A DNA stretch of 64,000 nt from positions 113,068-177,067 of the forward strand of contig CAYZIY010000002.1 of assembly GCA_964478715.1 (NCBI GenBank). Direction: 5' to 3'. The notes beneath the pieces were generated by a model. It saw only the letters and a program-made list of their open reading frames with translations, had not been told where the DNA came from and made no database searches. The translations under genes were made by a program, and so were the position numbers. Position 1 is the stretch's first letter, and every line of letters starts with the position of its first letter. The stretch is from an uncultured Planctomycetales bacterium (GTDB taxonomy: Bacteria; Omnitrophota; Gorgyraeia; Zapsychrales; JBDRMG01). Shown here in pieces: positions 1-10,046 of the stretch.

Positions 1-328
1 GCTTTACAACATTGGAGAGCGTTCTAAAATCAAAATACGTATTGTTGTTTTTACAGTCAGCTTGCTGCTTATCAGGCGATTTTTATGGAGATTGAAAGAA
101 AAATATATCATTCGGGACTTTCATCCTCTGATCTTTTTCTATCTATTGGGTTTATCGCTGCTATTTATGAGCCTTGTTCTTTTTATCCGACTTATCGTTT
201 TATGGATTATTAAGGGACAAATCCCGCCTATCAATGCTCTTTCGTGGATGTTTAGCGTAGCGATCGGCCTGCAGTCACTCTTTTTTGCGATGTGGTTTGA
301 TATGGATTCTAATAAAGATTTTCGATGA
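1..328 (+). CDS. GT2-family glycosyltransferase, C-terminal transmembrane part (5'-partial)
   Basis: Frame is open to the window edge (LYNIGERSKIKI...RDFHPLIFFY plus 2 TM helices), typical of the C-terminus of membrane GT2 enzymes; sits in a glycan cluster. Confidence 0.65.
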   Translation, partial: LYNIGERSKIKIRIVVFTVSLLLIRRFLWRLKEKYIIRDFHPLIFFYLLGLSLLFMSLVLFIRLIVLWIIKGQIPPINALSWMFSVAIGLQSLFFAMWFDMDSNKDFR

Positions 329-1338
329 ATATCCTTTTTGATATCAATCATCCCGCACATGTTCACTTCTTTAAGCATGCCATCAAACAGTTGGAGAAAT
401 CTGGCCATCACATTGTCATTACTTCTCGTGAGAAAGATGTTACATTAGGGCTTCTTGATGCGTGCGGTTTCTCTCATAGGCCGATCAGCAAAATTCGTAA
501 AGGACTCTGGGGAAGGCTTATAGAATTAATCGTTAGAGAGAAGAAAATTTATCAAATCATTAAGAAAGATAAGATTGATGTATGCGTAGGGATCGGCGGT
601 CCGTTTTTTGTTCATGCCGCATGGCTGCTAGGAATACCTCGCCTTGTTTTTTATGATACAGAACATGCGACACTTCAAAATATGATAACATATCCATTTG
701 CCACAAAAATTTATACCCCTGATTGTTATAAAAAGGAATTAGGCAAGAGACATGTCCGTTATAAAGGTGTTCATGAAATTGCCTATCTTTATCCCAAATA
801 TTTTTTTCCGAATTCTTCTATATTGGATGAACTTGGTCTCATAAAAGGTCAAAAACATATATTATTGCGATTTGTTTCATGGGAAGCCTCTCATGATAAA
901 GGCCAGAAGGGGTTATCATTGGAAGCAAAAAGGATGCTTATTGAAAAACTTTCTGAACACGCGAAGGTGTATATTATTTCTGAAAAGCCGCTCGATGGTG
1001 AATATAAAAAATATCAACTATCTTGCGACTCCCAACGACTTCATGATGTTTTGTATTATGCATCACTATGTATTTCGGAAGGGGCTACGGTTGTTTCGGA
1101 GTGCGCTTGCTTAGGCGTTCCATCTATTTATGTCAATTCGCAAAAACTTGGCTATATTGACCAGGAGCGGAAATATGGTTTAGTTTTTGACATAGAGAAA
1201 CCAGAGGATGTCCTTCAAAAGGCTCTTGAAATTTTGAAAAGCGATAAAAATGAATGGAAACAAAAACGAGATGAATTTGTTAAAAGCAAAATTGATGTTA
1301 CTAAATATATCACTTCGGAAATTTTACAATACCAGTAG
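325..1338 (+). CDS. DUF354 family protein (GT-B fold, glycan cluster)
   Basis: N-terminal ILFDINHPAHVHFFK, FYDTEHA, LRFVSWEASHD and EGATVVSECACLGVP motifs. Confidence 0.85.
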   Translation: MNILFDINHPAHVHFFKHAIKQLEKSGHHIVITSREKDVTLGLLDACGFSHRPISKIRKGLWGRLIELIVREKKIYQIIKKDKIDVCVGIGGPFFVHAAWLLGIPRLVFYDTEHATLQNMITYPFATKIYTPDCYKKELGKRHVRYKGVHEIAYLYPKYFFPNSSILDELGLIKGQKHILLRFVSWEASHDKGQKGLSLEAKRMLIEKLSEHAKVYIISEKPLDGEYKKYQLSCDSQRLHDVLYYASLCISEGATVVSECACLGVPSIYVNSQKLGYIDQERKYGLVFDIEKPEDVLQKALEILKSDKNEWKQKRDEFVKSKIDVTKYITSEILQYQ

Positions 1339-1378
1339 AGGAATTAATATCCCATGAACAATAATATCAAGACATACG

Positions 1379-1670
1379 AGCCAAACAATGGTTGCTGAAG
1401 CCGCTGTTTTGGGGACACTGCCTATTAGGTTTAATAATTATGTTGGTAAATTGAGTTATCTGGAAGAACTGGAACATAAATACCATCTTACCTTTCGAAT
1501 CAAAACATCCGAGCAGGAGAAATTATTGGAAAACAATTGATGCTTTACTTGCTATGCCAAATCTTAAAGAGGAATGGATGAAACGGCGCGATCGGATGCT
1601 TAATAACATGGTTGATGTAGTGGATTTTATGGTGGAATATATCGAAAATTTGAGAATAGATAGGAGATAG
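1379..1670 (+). pseudogene. Frameshifted C-terminal remnant of a second DUF354 gene
   Basis: SQTMVAEAAVLGTLPIRFNNYVGKLSYLEELEHKY..., a frameshift near 1530-1535, then TIDALLAMPNLKEEWMKRRDRMLNNMVDVVDFMVEYIE*; parallels the C-terminus of the upstream DUF354 protein. Confidence 0.75.
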
Positions 1671-1677
1671 GTTGCTC

Positions 1678-2775
1678 ATGAGAAAAAGAAAAATCATTTT
1701 GGTATGCGGGGCAAGGCCAAACTTTATTAAAATTGCTCCTATCTTTCGAGAGCTTAAAAAGTATCGGCATTTAAAGCCAATGATTGTCCATACGGGACAG
1801 CACTACAATAAAAACATGTCGGATTTATTCTTTTGTGATTTAGAGCTAGTGCGGCCGCATGAATGTCTCAATGTTGGTTCGGCATCGCATGCGCTTCAAA
1901 CGGCGAGAATTATGATTAAACTGGAGAAATATTTTGTCACACAAAGGCCTGATCTTGTGCTCGTTGTAGGAGATGTGAACTCCACAATGGCTGCTTCTGT
2001 TGTCGCGGCAAAACTGTCTATTCCCCTAGCACATATGGAAGCTGGATTAAGAAGCTTTGATAGAACTATGCCAGAGGAAATCAATCGTATCGTAACTGAT
2101 GCATTGTCAGACATGTTATTTACGACATGTCGGGATGCCGAAGAAAATTTAGCCAAGGAAGGCGTTCCTTCAAAAAAAATATATTTCGTCGGAAATGTCA
2201 TGATTGATTCATTGATTAAGTTAAGGAAAAAAGCTGAGAAATCAACGATTCTAAGAGATTTAAACCTTCAACCAAAAAGATACGCAGTTCTCACGCTTCA
2301 CCGGCCTAGCAATGTGGACCGCAAAGAAGTATTTCTTCGGATTTGGGATGCCATAGAAACTGTCAGCAGGAAAATCAAGATCATTTTCCCTGTTCACCCC
2401 AGGACGAAAAAGCAATTGAAGAAATTTGGCATCAAGATTTGGGGTTGTAATATTGTTTTGCTCCAACCATTGGGATATCTTAATTTTCTTAAACTCTATG
2501 GGCATGCCAAATTTGTCCTGACGGATTCTGGTGGCATTCAGGAAGAAACAACATTCTTAAACATACCTTGCGTGACACTCAGAGAGAATACAGAACGACC
2601 TATTACCATAACTAGCGGAACCAATGTTTTGGTTGGTCGAGATGGAAAATTGATCGTCAAGGCGTGCAATAAGATTATCGATAGAACCAAAAAGAATGTA
2701 CGAAAAGTTCCTCAATTATGGGATGGAAAGACATCGAAACGTATAGCTAAAATCATTACCGAATCATTGCATTAA
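1678..2775 (+). CDS. wecB: UDP-N-acetylglucosamine 2-epimerase (non-hydrolysing)
   Basis: GARPNFIK, HTGQHY, VVGDVNST, HMEAGLRS, MPEEINR, TDSGGIQEE, LRENTERP. Confidence 0.95.
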   Translation: MRKRKIILVCGARPNFIKIAPIFRELKKYRHLKPMIVHTGQHYNKNMSDLFFCDLELVRPHECLNVGSASHALQTARIMIKLEKYFVTQRPDLVLVVGDVNSTMAASVVAAKLSIPLAHMEAGLRSFDRTMPEEINRIVTDALSDMLFTTCRDAEENLAKEGVPSKKIYFVGNVMIDSLIKLRKKAEKSTILRDLNLQPKRYAVLTLHRPSNVDRKEVFLRIWDAIETVSRKIKIIFPVHPRTKKQLKKFGIKIWGCNIVLLQPLGYLNFLKLYGHAKFVLTDSGGIQEETTFLNIPCVTLRENTERPITITSGTNVLVGRDGKLIVKACNKIIDRTKKNVRKVPQLWDGKTSKRIAKIITESLH

Positions 2776-2797
2776 TTTAAGGCAGCTTCTGTAAGAT

Positions 2798-4030
2798 ATG
2801 AAAATACTTCATTTCACCCATTCATTTTTTCCAGACTATGGCGGCACAGCAACGCGACTATATAATTTATTGTCACAATCCGAACATGAACACCATCTGT
2901 ATATTCCACTGAAAGAATCCGATTCAATAAATGAGAAGCCCATCAAAGATGACCGACATGAAATGCTTGGCAATATTCGTGTCAGCCGGAAACCGATCGC
3001 TAAAAAGAAGAAACTCAAAGTACCTTATCTGTCAACACAGATAGACATCATGAGGAGTGCATCTGAGCTCGCTAACAGTGTTCAAGGTGACGGTTTTAAT
3101 ATAGTTCATGCGCATAATCCTTTAATTTTTGCACTTGCAGGCATGAAATATGCAAAGCGTAAGAATCTGCCGCTTATTTATGAAATCCATACTTTACTCA
3201 AATACAAATCAAGCAAAGGGAAATATATTATTTGTAGAATGTTTTATTCTGCGATTGAGCAATTATTACGTTGGCAGGAAGGTAGGGTGTGCCACAGCGC
3301 AAGTCGCGTTATCGTTCAGACAGAAGATTTAAAAAAAGAGATAGCCCGTATCTATGATTTGCCAATGACTAAGATTGTTGTTATTCCCATGGGTTTCGAT
3401 AGTGATGTATTTAATCCAGATCAATGGAGTAAGCAAGGAGAAGTTCTTAAATTGAAGTATGCGTGGAAAAATAAAATAATATTTTTCTATAACGGTTTTC
3501 TGCATAGCGAAAATGGCATTGATTTCTTTTTGAAAACCGTATTGAGATTACGCGATTCTTACAAAAATAAAATTAAAATAATCATAACTGGCAGGGGACC
3601 TTTGCAAAAAGAGATTGAAAAGATGGCTCAAGAGACTGAGCATCTAATAGAGTTCATCGGTTTAGTCGACCATCAACAGATTGCATCTTATTACGCTGCA
3701 TGCGATATTGTGGTTATTCCATGGAAAGGTTTGGATAGAAAGCAGTTTAATATACCAACAAAATTATTAGAAGCTATGTCTATGAGTAAAATTATCTTGG
3801 CAAGTAGACTGAGAGGGATAATGACCATATTGAAAGAAAATGAAAACGGATTTTTGTTTGAACCTGATAATGAGAATGATTTGATTGAAAAAATTGAGAA
3901 GATTGTTTGCGAAGATGAAGATCTTAATGAGATGAGAGATCGAGCTAAGGAAGCAGTTATCCATGAATATCCTTGGAATCTTTTTAGGATGAAATTGGAG
4001 AAATTATATACAGAAATCTCCAGACATTGA
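2798..4030 (+). CDS. GT4 glycosyltransferase
   Basis: HSFFPDYGG N-terminus, VHAH, PTKLLEAMS (GT4 E-x7-E-region variant), ENGFLFEP. Confidence 0.85.
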   Translation: MKILHFTHSFFPDYGGTATRLYNLLSQSEHEHHLYIPLKESDSINEKPIKDDRHEMLGNIRVSRKPIAKKKKLKVPYLSTQIDIMRSASELANSVQGDGFNIVHAHNPLIFALAGMKYAKRKNLPLIYEIHTLLKYKSSKGKYIICRMFYSAIEQLLRWQEGRVCHSASRVIVQTEDLKKEIARIYDLPMTKIVVIPMGFDSDVFNPDQWSKQGEVLKLKYAWKNKIIFFYNGFLHSENGIDFFLKTVLRLRDSYKNKIKIIITGRGPLQKEIEKMAQETEHLIEFIGLVDHQQIASYYAACDIVVIPWKGLDRKQFNIPTKLLEAMSMSKIILASRLRGIMTILKENENGFLFEPDNENDLIEKIEKIVCEDEDLNEMRDRAKEAVIHEYPWNLFRMKLEKLYTEISRH

Positions 4031-4044
4031 CAAGGAGTAGTAAC

Positions 4045-4677
4045 GTGAAGTTAAATAAAGTTCCCACGCTTAGAATTCATTCAGTTAATCGAATCAGTTT
4101 AGATATGCAATTAATTAAGCATCTTAAGAAGCTCAAGCCGGGAGTAGTTTTGGACGTTGGTTCGAGTGCCTCACCCTATAAAAAATTTATTCCTGCAACA
4201 AAATATCTTCGACTTGACATCAACAAGGAAAGTCATCCAGATATCTGTTGCGATGTCCATCAGATAGAGTGGGCATCAAAGTTTTTTAATACAATTATTG
4301 CTTCCGAAGTTCTTGAGCATCTAGCGAATCCTGCTGTAGCTATCGAAGAAATGAGGAGAGTATTAAAATCTGGCGGAATATGCATTCTGACCACACGGTT
4401 CATGTATCCGTATCATCCTTGTCCAAAAGATTATTATCGATTTACAAAAGATTCACTGCAGATATTGTTTAGTAAATTTAGCACAATACAGATAGTGCCA
4501 CATGGTAATCGTATCCAATTGCTGTGGCAGATTATAAACAACAGTGGCAATAAGAGCTGCGGGAAACTCCAGCGAATATTCAACATCTTTCTGAATATAT
4601 TCAATCCCATATTTGCAAGAATCAACTTCATCGATAAGGGTTATCCACTCGGTTTTATTGTTGTTGCACAAAAATAG
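4045..4677 (+). CDS. Class I SAM-dependent methyltransferase
   Basis: VLDVGS, SEVLEHL, RVLKSGG, PYHPCPKDYYRFT; GTG start after AAGGAG (ORF also open from TTG 4027). Confidence 0.85.
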   Translation: MKLNKVPTLRIHSVNRISLDMQLIKHLKKLKPGVVLDVGSSASPYKKFIPATKYLRLDINKESHPDICCDVHQIEWASKFFNTIIASEVLEHLANPAVAIEEMRRVLKSGGICILTTRFMYPYHPCPKDYYRFTKDSLQILFSKFSTIQIVPHGNRIQLLWQIINNSGNKSCGKLQRIFNIFLNIFNPIFARINFIDKGYPLGFIVVAQK

Positions 4678-4701
4678 TAACTAACCTTTATAGGTATTGT
4701 A

Positions 4702-5562
4702 ATGATCAAGCGAAGAAAAAAAGGTATTTCTGTTCTCGTTCCAACACAAAACTCACAGAAGACAGTGAAGCTATGCATAGAGTCATTTCTCGAATTTGGT
4801 GATGAGATTATTGTTGTTGATAATGGATCTAGGGATGAAACTATTAATATTGTTACCACGATTGCACAGCAATGTGAGAAGATTAAATTTTTTAATGCCC
4901 CAGACCTAGTTGATCTGTATCAGAATCGGCAATATGCTTTTGAGCGTTCCCAATATAACTGGATTGCACGAATCGATAGCGATTACGTCGCCTATACATC
5001 GGGACCGCAGGACATAAAGGAATTGAGACAACTGATAATCAATGCGAGACCATCTATTCGACCGATCGCCTATGGCATTAAGCAAGTGAATCTATATCGT
5101 GATTATTGGCACACGGGAATCGAAAGAGAGCAAAGACACAACAATAGTGGGCCGCATGTAGCATCACCGGTTGTGAGTCTGCCAGCAAGGATTATTCAAT
5201 ATTTTCCAGGAATGAAGTTTGCTAGACTTGGACGTTGGGAAGGTGTCAGATTTCAGAGATTTCTACAACATAGACATTTGGACGAGCCCTATTGGTTTCA
5301 TTGTGAATTCAAGAGTGACCTTGACTATTTCTATCGGTCAGAAAGAACAAATTGGAGACAGCTAGGCGATTATCGGCGCTTTCCGACGCTGCGCTCTTAT
5401 ATTGAACACATTCTCCCGGATAAATACGGAACGAATAATATCGACGAAGCTTGTCGTAACTATATTGAAAAACATTTGAATCGTTTTCTAATGACTTATG
5501 AACCGTTAAGGTATTATTCTTATCCTGAAATAATAAAAGAGGAAATGGAGAAATGTACGTAG
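4702..5562 (+). CDS. GT2 glycosyltransferase
   Basis: ISVLVPTQN, IIVVDNGSRDET, DxD motif (IDSD). Confidence 0.85.
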   Translation: MIKRRKKGISVLVPTQNSQKTVKLCIESFLEFGDEIIVVDNGSRDETINIVTTIAQQCEKIKFFNAPDLVDLYQNRQYAFERSQYNWIARIDSDYVAYTSGPQDIKELRQLIINARPSIRPIAYGIKQVNLYRDYWHTGIEREQRHNNSGPHVASPVVSLPARIIQYFPGMKFARLGRWEGVRFQRFLQHRHLDEPYWFHCEFKSDLDYFYRSERTNWRQLGDYRRFPTLRSYIEHILPDKYGTNNIDEACRNYIEKHLNRFLMTYEPLRYYSYPEIIKEEMEKCT

Positions 5563-5596
5563 TTGACTAGGTATTTTATAACTGAAAGAGTAATTT

Positions 5597-6382
5597 ATGG
5601 ATAGTAAAGAAAAGGCGGATCTATCGAGAACGTTACAAGAAAAGTGTTATGCGTTTCCTTATCATTATCTTGTGGAGTTTAGTCAGGAAAACTTAGATAG
5701 CTTCTCTCAGGTTAAAAATAATCCCACAGGATACAGATATGCGGCCTATCTTAAAAGAGTTCTCGATGCTGTCAGCAAAGAAAAGTTTAAGAGTGTGGCA
5801 GATGTTGGGTGCGGCGATGGGTTCTTTATCAAAATATTTTCAAAACAATTTACGAATAAACGAATTGTCGGAATAGATCTTTCCGAAAATGCGCTGATGT
5901 TTGCGCGCTTACTTAACGCAAATAATGCAGCTGAGTTTTTCAATTATAATATCTTGGAAAAGAGGCCTGACGAGAAATTTGATATTGTGACTTTAATCGA
6001 AGTGCTCGAGCATATTCCACCTGATCAGATTGACTTGTTTCTTGGTGCGATTTGCAAAATGTTGCAGGATGATGGGAAGTTAATTGTGACGGTTCCTTCG
6101 GTCAATTTATCCATTGCAAATATTCAAAGACATTTTCAACATTTTAATGAAGAGAAGCTAAGGAAAGCGTTATCTCAGCATTTTGACTGTATTGAGATTG
6201 AATATATCAATAAGCAAAATTACATATCGAAAATAATACATAAAATCTTTACAAACTCGCTTTTCATATTAAACCATAAACGTTTAGCCAGTGCCCTTTT
6301 TAGATATTATCTTAATAGGTTTCTGCACGCCGACAAACATAATGGCCTAAGGCTTTTTGCCTTATGCAGAATAAATAGGTAA
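5597..6382 (+). CDS. Class I SAM-dependent methyltransferase
   Basis: ADVGCGDG, GIDLS, FDIVTLIEVLEHI. Confidence 0.9.
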   Translation: MDSKEKADLSRTLQEKCYAFPYHYLVEFSQENLDSFSQVKNNPTGYRYAAYLKRVLDAVSKEKFKSVADVGCGDGFFIKIFSKQFTNKRIVGIDLSENALMFARLLNANNAAEFFNYNILEKRPDEKFDIVTLIEVLEHIPPDQIDLFLGAICKMLQDDGKLIVTVPSVNLSIANIQRHFQHFNEEKLRKALSQHFDCIEIEYINKQNYISKIIHKIFTNSLFILNHKRLASALFRYYLNRFLHADKHNGLRLFALCRINR

Positions 6383-6390
6383 ATAAACTA

Positions 6391-7863
6391 ATGCCGAATA
6401 ACGAAACAACATTATATCAAAAGTTTCACGAAACTATTAAACATGGGTTAATTTATGGGTTTGGCTCCATTATCCAAAGAATCGCAGGAGTTTTCTTAAT
6501 TCCTCTTTACACTGCCTGTTTTTCGACATCAGAGTATGGAGTTTTTGGACTATTGATGGCAACAAGTCAAATATTTGGAGTATTTATTTTGGCAGGGATG
6601 AGCACAGCATTCATGAGATCTTTCTATGATTATCAAGACAGGGCTGAAAAAAGGATGGTTGCATCCACTGCCATGTCTGTAATTTTTGTAAATAGTTTAG
6701 GAATTGGACTTCTGGGGTTATTATTTTCTAAACAAATTGCAATGTTCTTATTTCAAGATGCTCAGTATGGCATCTATATAGTTATGGTGGTGTTCATGGC
6801 GATTTTTTACCAGTTAAATTCTATACCGCTCGCAATTTTTCGCGTAAAAAAGAAATCCATTTTGTATATTTCATGCCAAATTACATTTTTCTTATTTCAA
6901 ATTGGAGCCGTGGTTTACTTTGTTGCGATAAGACAAATGGGTATTTTTGGAGCTATATATGGGTATGTTTTAGCGAGTCTGGCCTTGTTTGTCATTTTAA
7001 TAATTGTTACGCGGAAAGATATCACTTTTCGATTCTCTTTTTATGAAGCTCGAAAGATGTTACATTATGGAGTTCCTTTATTGTTGACAGGTTTAAGTGC
7101 TTTTCTTTTTAATTATATCGATCGGTATATGCTCGCCTTTTATGCCAGTTTTCATGAAGTTGGGCTTTACAACTTAGGTTATCAATTTGGCATGATTATG
7201 ATGGCTATTCTTGTAACACCTATGAAATTTATTTGGGGACCAATGTTTCTTTCTGTCAAGGACCACAGTAATGCCCATGCATTTTATGCGAGAATGCTTA
7301 CATACTTAACATGTGTTGGGTCATTGCTTTTTTTGATGTTGGCTGTTCTCTCAAAAGACGTTATACAGCTTTTTGCTAAACAGAGTTATTGGGATGCCTA
7401 TCATGTCGTTCCCGTTATTGCACTTTCTTACTTAATATGGAGTCAGCGAAGCGTGCTAGATGTAGCTATTCATTTAAAACGAAAAACAAAAATATCTGCA
7501 TTCTATTTTATTGCGGGAGCGATGATCAATATTGTTTTAAATTTAGCACTTATTCCAAGGTACCAAATGATGGGCGCAGCTTACGCTACATTAATTGCTT
7601 TTGTCGCGATGGTAATCGCTTCCTATGTTATTAATCAAAGATTAATTAAGATTGATTATGAGTGGAATAGAATTCTTAAGATATATTCGACTGCGATATT
7701 AATTTATTTTGTCACACCGTTAATTAACATAAGCAATGTATATCTTTCTCTTTTAACAAAGTCGGGATTCATTATTGTATGCTTTCCGTTGCTTCTTATG
7801 ATGCTTGGGTTTTATACATCGATAGAATTAGAAAAAATAAAAAAGATTTTAAGAATCACATAG
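6391..7863 (+). CDS. Wzx-type oligosaccharide flippase
   Basis: 490 aa with 12-14 hydrophobic helices, YIDRYML, EVGLYNLGY, LIPRYQMMGAAYAT. Confidence 0.85.
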   Translation: MPNNETTLYQKFHETIKHGLIYGFGSIIQRIAGVFLIPLYTACFSTSEYGVFGLLMATSQIFGVFILAGMSTAFMRSFYDYQDRAEKRMVASTAMSVIFVNSLGIGLLGLLFSKQIAMFLFQDAQYGIYIVMVVFMAIFYQLNSIPLAIFRVKKKSILYISCQITFFLFQIGAVVYFVAIRQMGIFGAIYGYVLASLALFVILIIVTRKDITFRFSFYEARKMLHYGVPLLLTGLSAFLFNYIDRYMLAFYASFHEVGLYNLGYQFGMIMMAILVTPMKFIWGPMFLSVKDHSNAHAFYARMLTYLTCVGSLLFLMLAVLSKDVIQLFAKQSYWDAYHVVPVIALSYLIWSQRSVLDVAIHLKRKTKISAFYFIAGAMINIVLNLALIPRYQMMGAAYATLIAFVAMVIASYVINQRLIKIDYEWNRILKIYSTAILIYFVTPLINISNVYLSLLTKSGFIIVCFPLLLMMLGFYTSIELEKIKKILRIT

Positions 7864-8003
7864 GATGTCTAAAAGTGATCTTCCCCCGAAAAAGTGGACA
7901 CTTAGAAGAGTTGGTGATAGCATGACAACCGGCTCAGAAGGAGGTGTCCGATGGGAGACAATGGCAAGAAAAAGTGTAATGCTCCCCATTAGTCAAGGGG
8001 AAT

Positions 8004-8786
8004 TTAAGTTAGAACCGGCTCTTTGATTTTAGGTTGATATTGTTCATAGCATTGTCTCGGCGTCATGTTATTCAGGCTTTGGTGCGGGAAGTCCGTATTG
8101 TAATCATAAATCCATTTGCCCAAAGCGACTTCGAATTCAAACGGGCTTTGCCAGTCATAGCACCAGACGATGCCTTCTTTGATGGTGCGCATGACCCGTT
8201 CGGTATCCGAATTGCCCTTAGGGTTAGACCAGGTCGTAAAGATCTGTTTGATGCCGAGAATCGAGCAGTTCATCATAAAGCGCTGACTCGTTGGCTGGCA
8301 CCCGTTATCAGAGATTAAGAATAATTGTTCTTTCATATTTTCGCGAATACCGTTGGGGAACCGGTTATTGACGGCCATCTGAATAGCGTCAAGCCAGTCT
8401 TCGGTTTTGGATTGCAAGCTAAGAGAATATCCGACGACTTCTTTGGTGTACCAGTCAAGGACGATGCACAGATACAGCCAGCCCCAGGGACCGATCTTGA
8501 TCTTTGTCATGTCTATGTCCCAGAAGTGATTGGGGTGCTGGGCCTGAGGTTTGGGACGGATGGGGCCGCGCCTGGCTTTAAGCCGTGTTTCTTTGGTCAC
8601 AAGCATATTCTGCTCTTTTAAAAGACGATAGATACGCTTCTTGTTGACAGCGATGCCTTGGCGGTACTTAAGATACGACCATATTCTCCGATAGCCCCAA
8701 AAGGGATGGTCGGTCTTAATCTCTTTGATTTGATTCAAAAGAACCCGATTACGTTCTATAACAGATTTTGATTTTGACCGTTTCAT
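8004..8786 (-). CDS. IS3 transposase OrfB (rve/DDE)
   Basis: PFWGYRRIW, WDIDMT, SDNGCQ, GNSDTERVMRTIK, YNTDFPHQSL. Confidence 0.9.
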   Translation of the reverse strand: MKRSKSKSVIERNRVLLNQIKEIKTDHPFWGYRRIWSYLKYRQGIAVNKKRIYRLLKEQNMLVTKETRLKARRGPIRPKPQAQHPNHFWDIDMTKIKIGPWGWLYLCIVLDWYTKEVVGYSLSLQSKTEDWLDAIQMAVNNRFPNGIRENMKEQLFLISDNGCQPTSQRFMMNCSILGIKQIFTTWSNPKGNSDTERVMRTIKEGIVWCYDWQSPFEFEVALGKWIYDYNTDFPHQSLNNMTPRQCYEQYQPKIKEPVLT

Positions 8787-9058
8787 AGCTCGTATTCGCT
8801 TTTTTTTAACTCGATCGTGAGGTCACCGATGATGTTCTTGAGTTTGCGGACCTCTTGCTCTAAATGCTGTTCTTTCTTGGTCACGTTCTTGACTTCGAAG
8901 GCCTGATGGCCGTGCTTCAAGAGATTATCGCGCCATTTATAATATTGGGTCTGGGCGATCTGATACTTGGCGCAGAGTTTGCTGATCTCAATCTGGCCGG
9001 ATAAGCCTTCAAGAACGATTTGAAGTTTCTGCTGGCTTGACCATTTACGGTTTTTCAT
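8783..9058 (-). CDS. IS3 transposase OrfA (HTH plus leucine zipper)
   Basis: RKWSSQQKLQIVLEGL...YYKWR, coiled C-terminus, slippery TTAAAAAAAAG near 8800-8808. Confidence 0.9.
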   Translation of the reverse strand: MKNRKWSSQQKLQIVLEGLSGQIEISKLCAKYQIAQTQYYKWRDNLLKHGHQAFEVKNVTKKEQHLEQEVRKLKNIIGDLTIELKKSEYEL

Positions 9059-9142
9059 CGAATAAGCCTCCTTTTTGGTTGGAGCCTTATTCTAACTTAA
9101 AAACCTCAATCTGTTAATGGGGAGCAGTATAAAAGAGACGGG

Positions 9143-10024
9143 GAACGGTTCCGATTCATAGACGAAAACGTTTCTGTCTTTCCGCTCGGGAAGATGTGCC
9201 GGATTTTGGAAGTATCAAGGAGCGGTTATTACGCGTGGTAGAAGCGACCGAAGAGTCAACGCAGGATCAATAACGAAACATTGCTCATTGAGATACAACG
9301 TGTGTTCATGGAGAACGACGCGAATTTTGGGAGCCCGAGGATCTGGAACGAGTTAAATAACGTCCAAGGCATCGGGTGTTCCAGGAACCGCGTGGCCCGA
9401 CTGATGCGTGAGGCGGGGCTGGCAGCGATCCATAAACGCAAGTTTAAAGTTACAACGAACTCGAAGCACAACTGGCCGGTGGCGCCCAATTTATTGGAAC
9501 GCAATTTCAACATTGATGAGCCCAATAAAATTTGGGTGACGGATATCAGTTATATCTGGACATGGGAAGGCTGGCTGTATTTGGCGTTTGTGTTAGACTT
9601 GTTCTCACGAGGCGTAGTTGGACTGACCATGTCGAACAGAATGACGGATGAATTAACGCAGAATGTGCTAAATCAGGCCATTGGCCGACGGAATCCTGAG
9701 TCTGGGCTGATTCATCATTCGGACCGTGGCAGCCAATACGCCAGCGGCGATTATCAGGCGCTGCTTAAAAAGCACAAAATCACACCGAGCATGAGCCGTA
9801 AAGGCGATTGCTGGGATAACGCTGTTGCTGAGAGTTTTTTACACACGTTAAAAGTTGAGAAAGTAAACCGTTATAGGTTTAAAACGAGGGATGAAGCAAA
9901 AAGAGAAATCTTTCGTTATATCGAGATGTATTACAACCGGAAAAGAACGCATTCATCCCTCGGGTATCTTAGCCCGTTTGAGTACGAAAAGCGTTCGGTT
10001 CCATCTTTATTAACCGTCCACTGA
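9143..10024 (+). pseudogene. OrfB transposase of the outer IS3, with an in-frame stop
   Basis: ERFRFIDENVSVFPLGKMCRILEVSRSGYYAW then TAG (about 9238), continuing in frame into WVTDISY, HSDRGSQY, DNAVAESF. Confidence 0.8.
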
Positions 10025-10046
10025 TCTGGGGAAGGTCAACAGTAAA

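Larger units (their letters stand above)
7975..9131 (-). mobile_element. IS3-family insertion sequence (inner, 1157 bp)
   Basis: 17-bp IRs TGTAATGCTCCCCATTA and TAATGGGGAGCAGTATA, flanked by AAAG (7971-7974 and 9132-9135); orfA/orfB with an A8G run near the end of orfA. Confidence 0.9.
7876..10038 (+). mobile_element. Decayed IS3-family element (outer), interrupted by a nested IS
   Basis: Imperfect terminal IRs TGATCTTCCCCCGAAAAAGTGGAC (7876) and GTCCACTGATCTGGGGAAGGTCA (ends 10038) with TG...CA ends; orfA starts at ATG 7951 but is mostly missing; orfB with DDE motifs. Confidence 0.85.
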
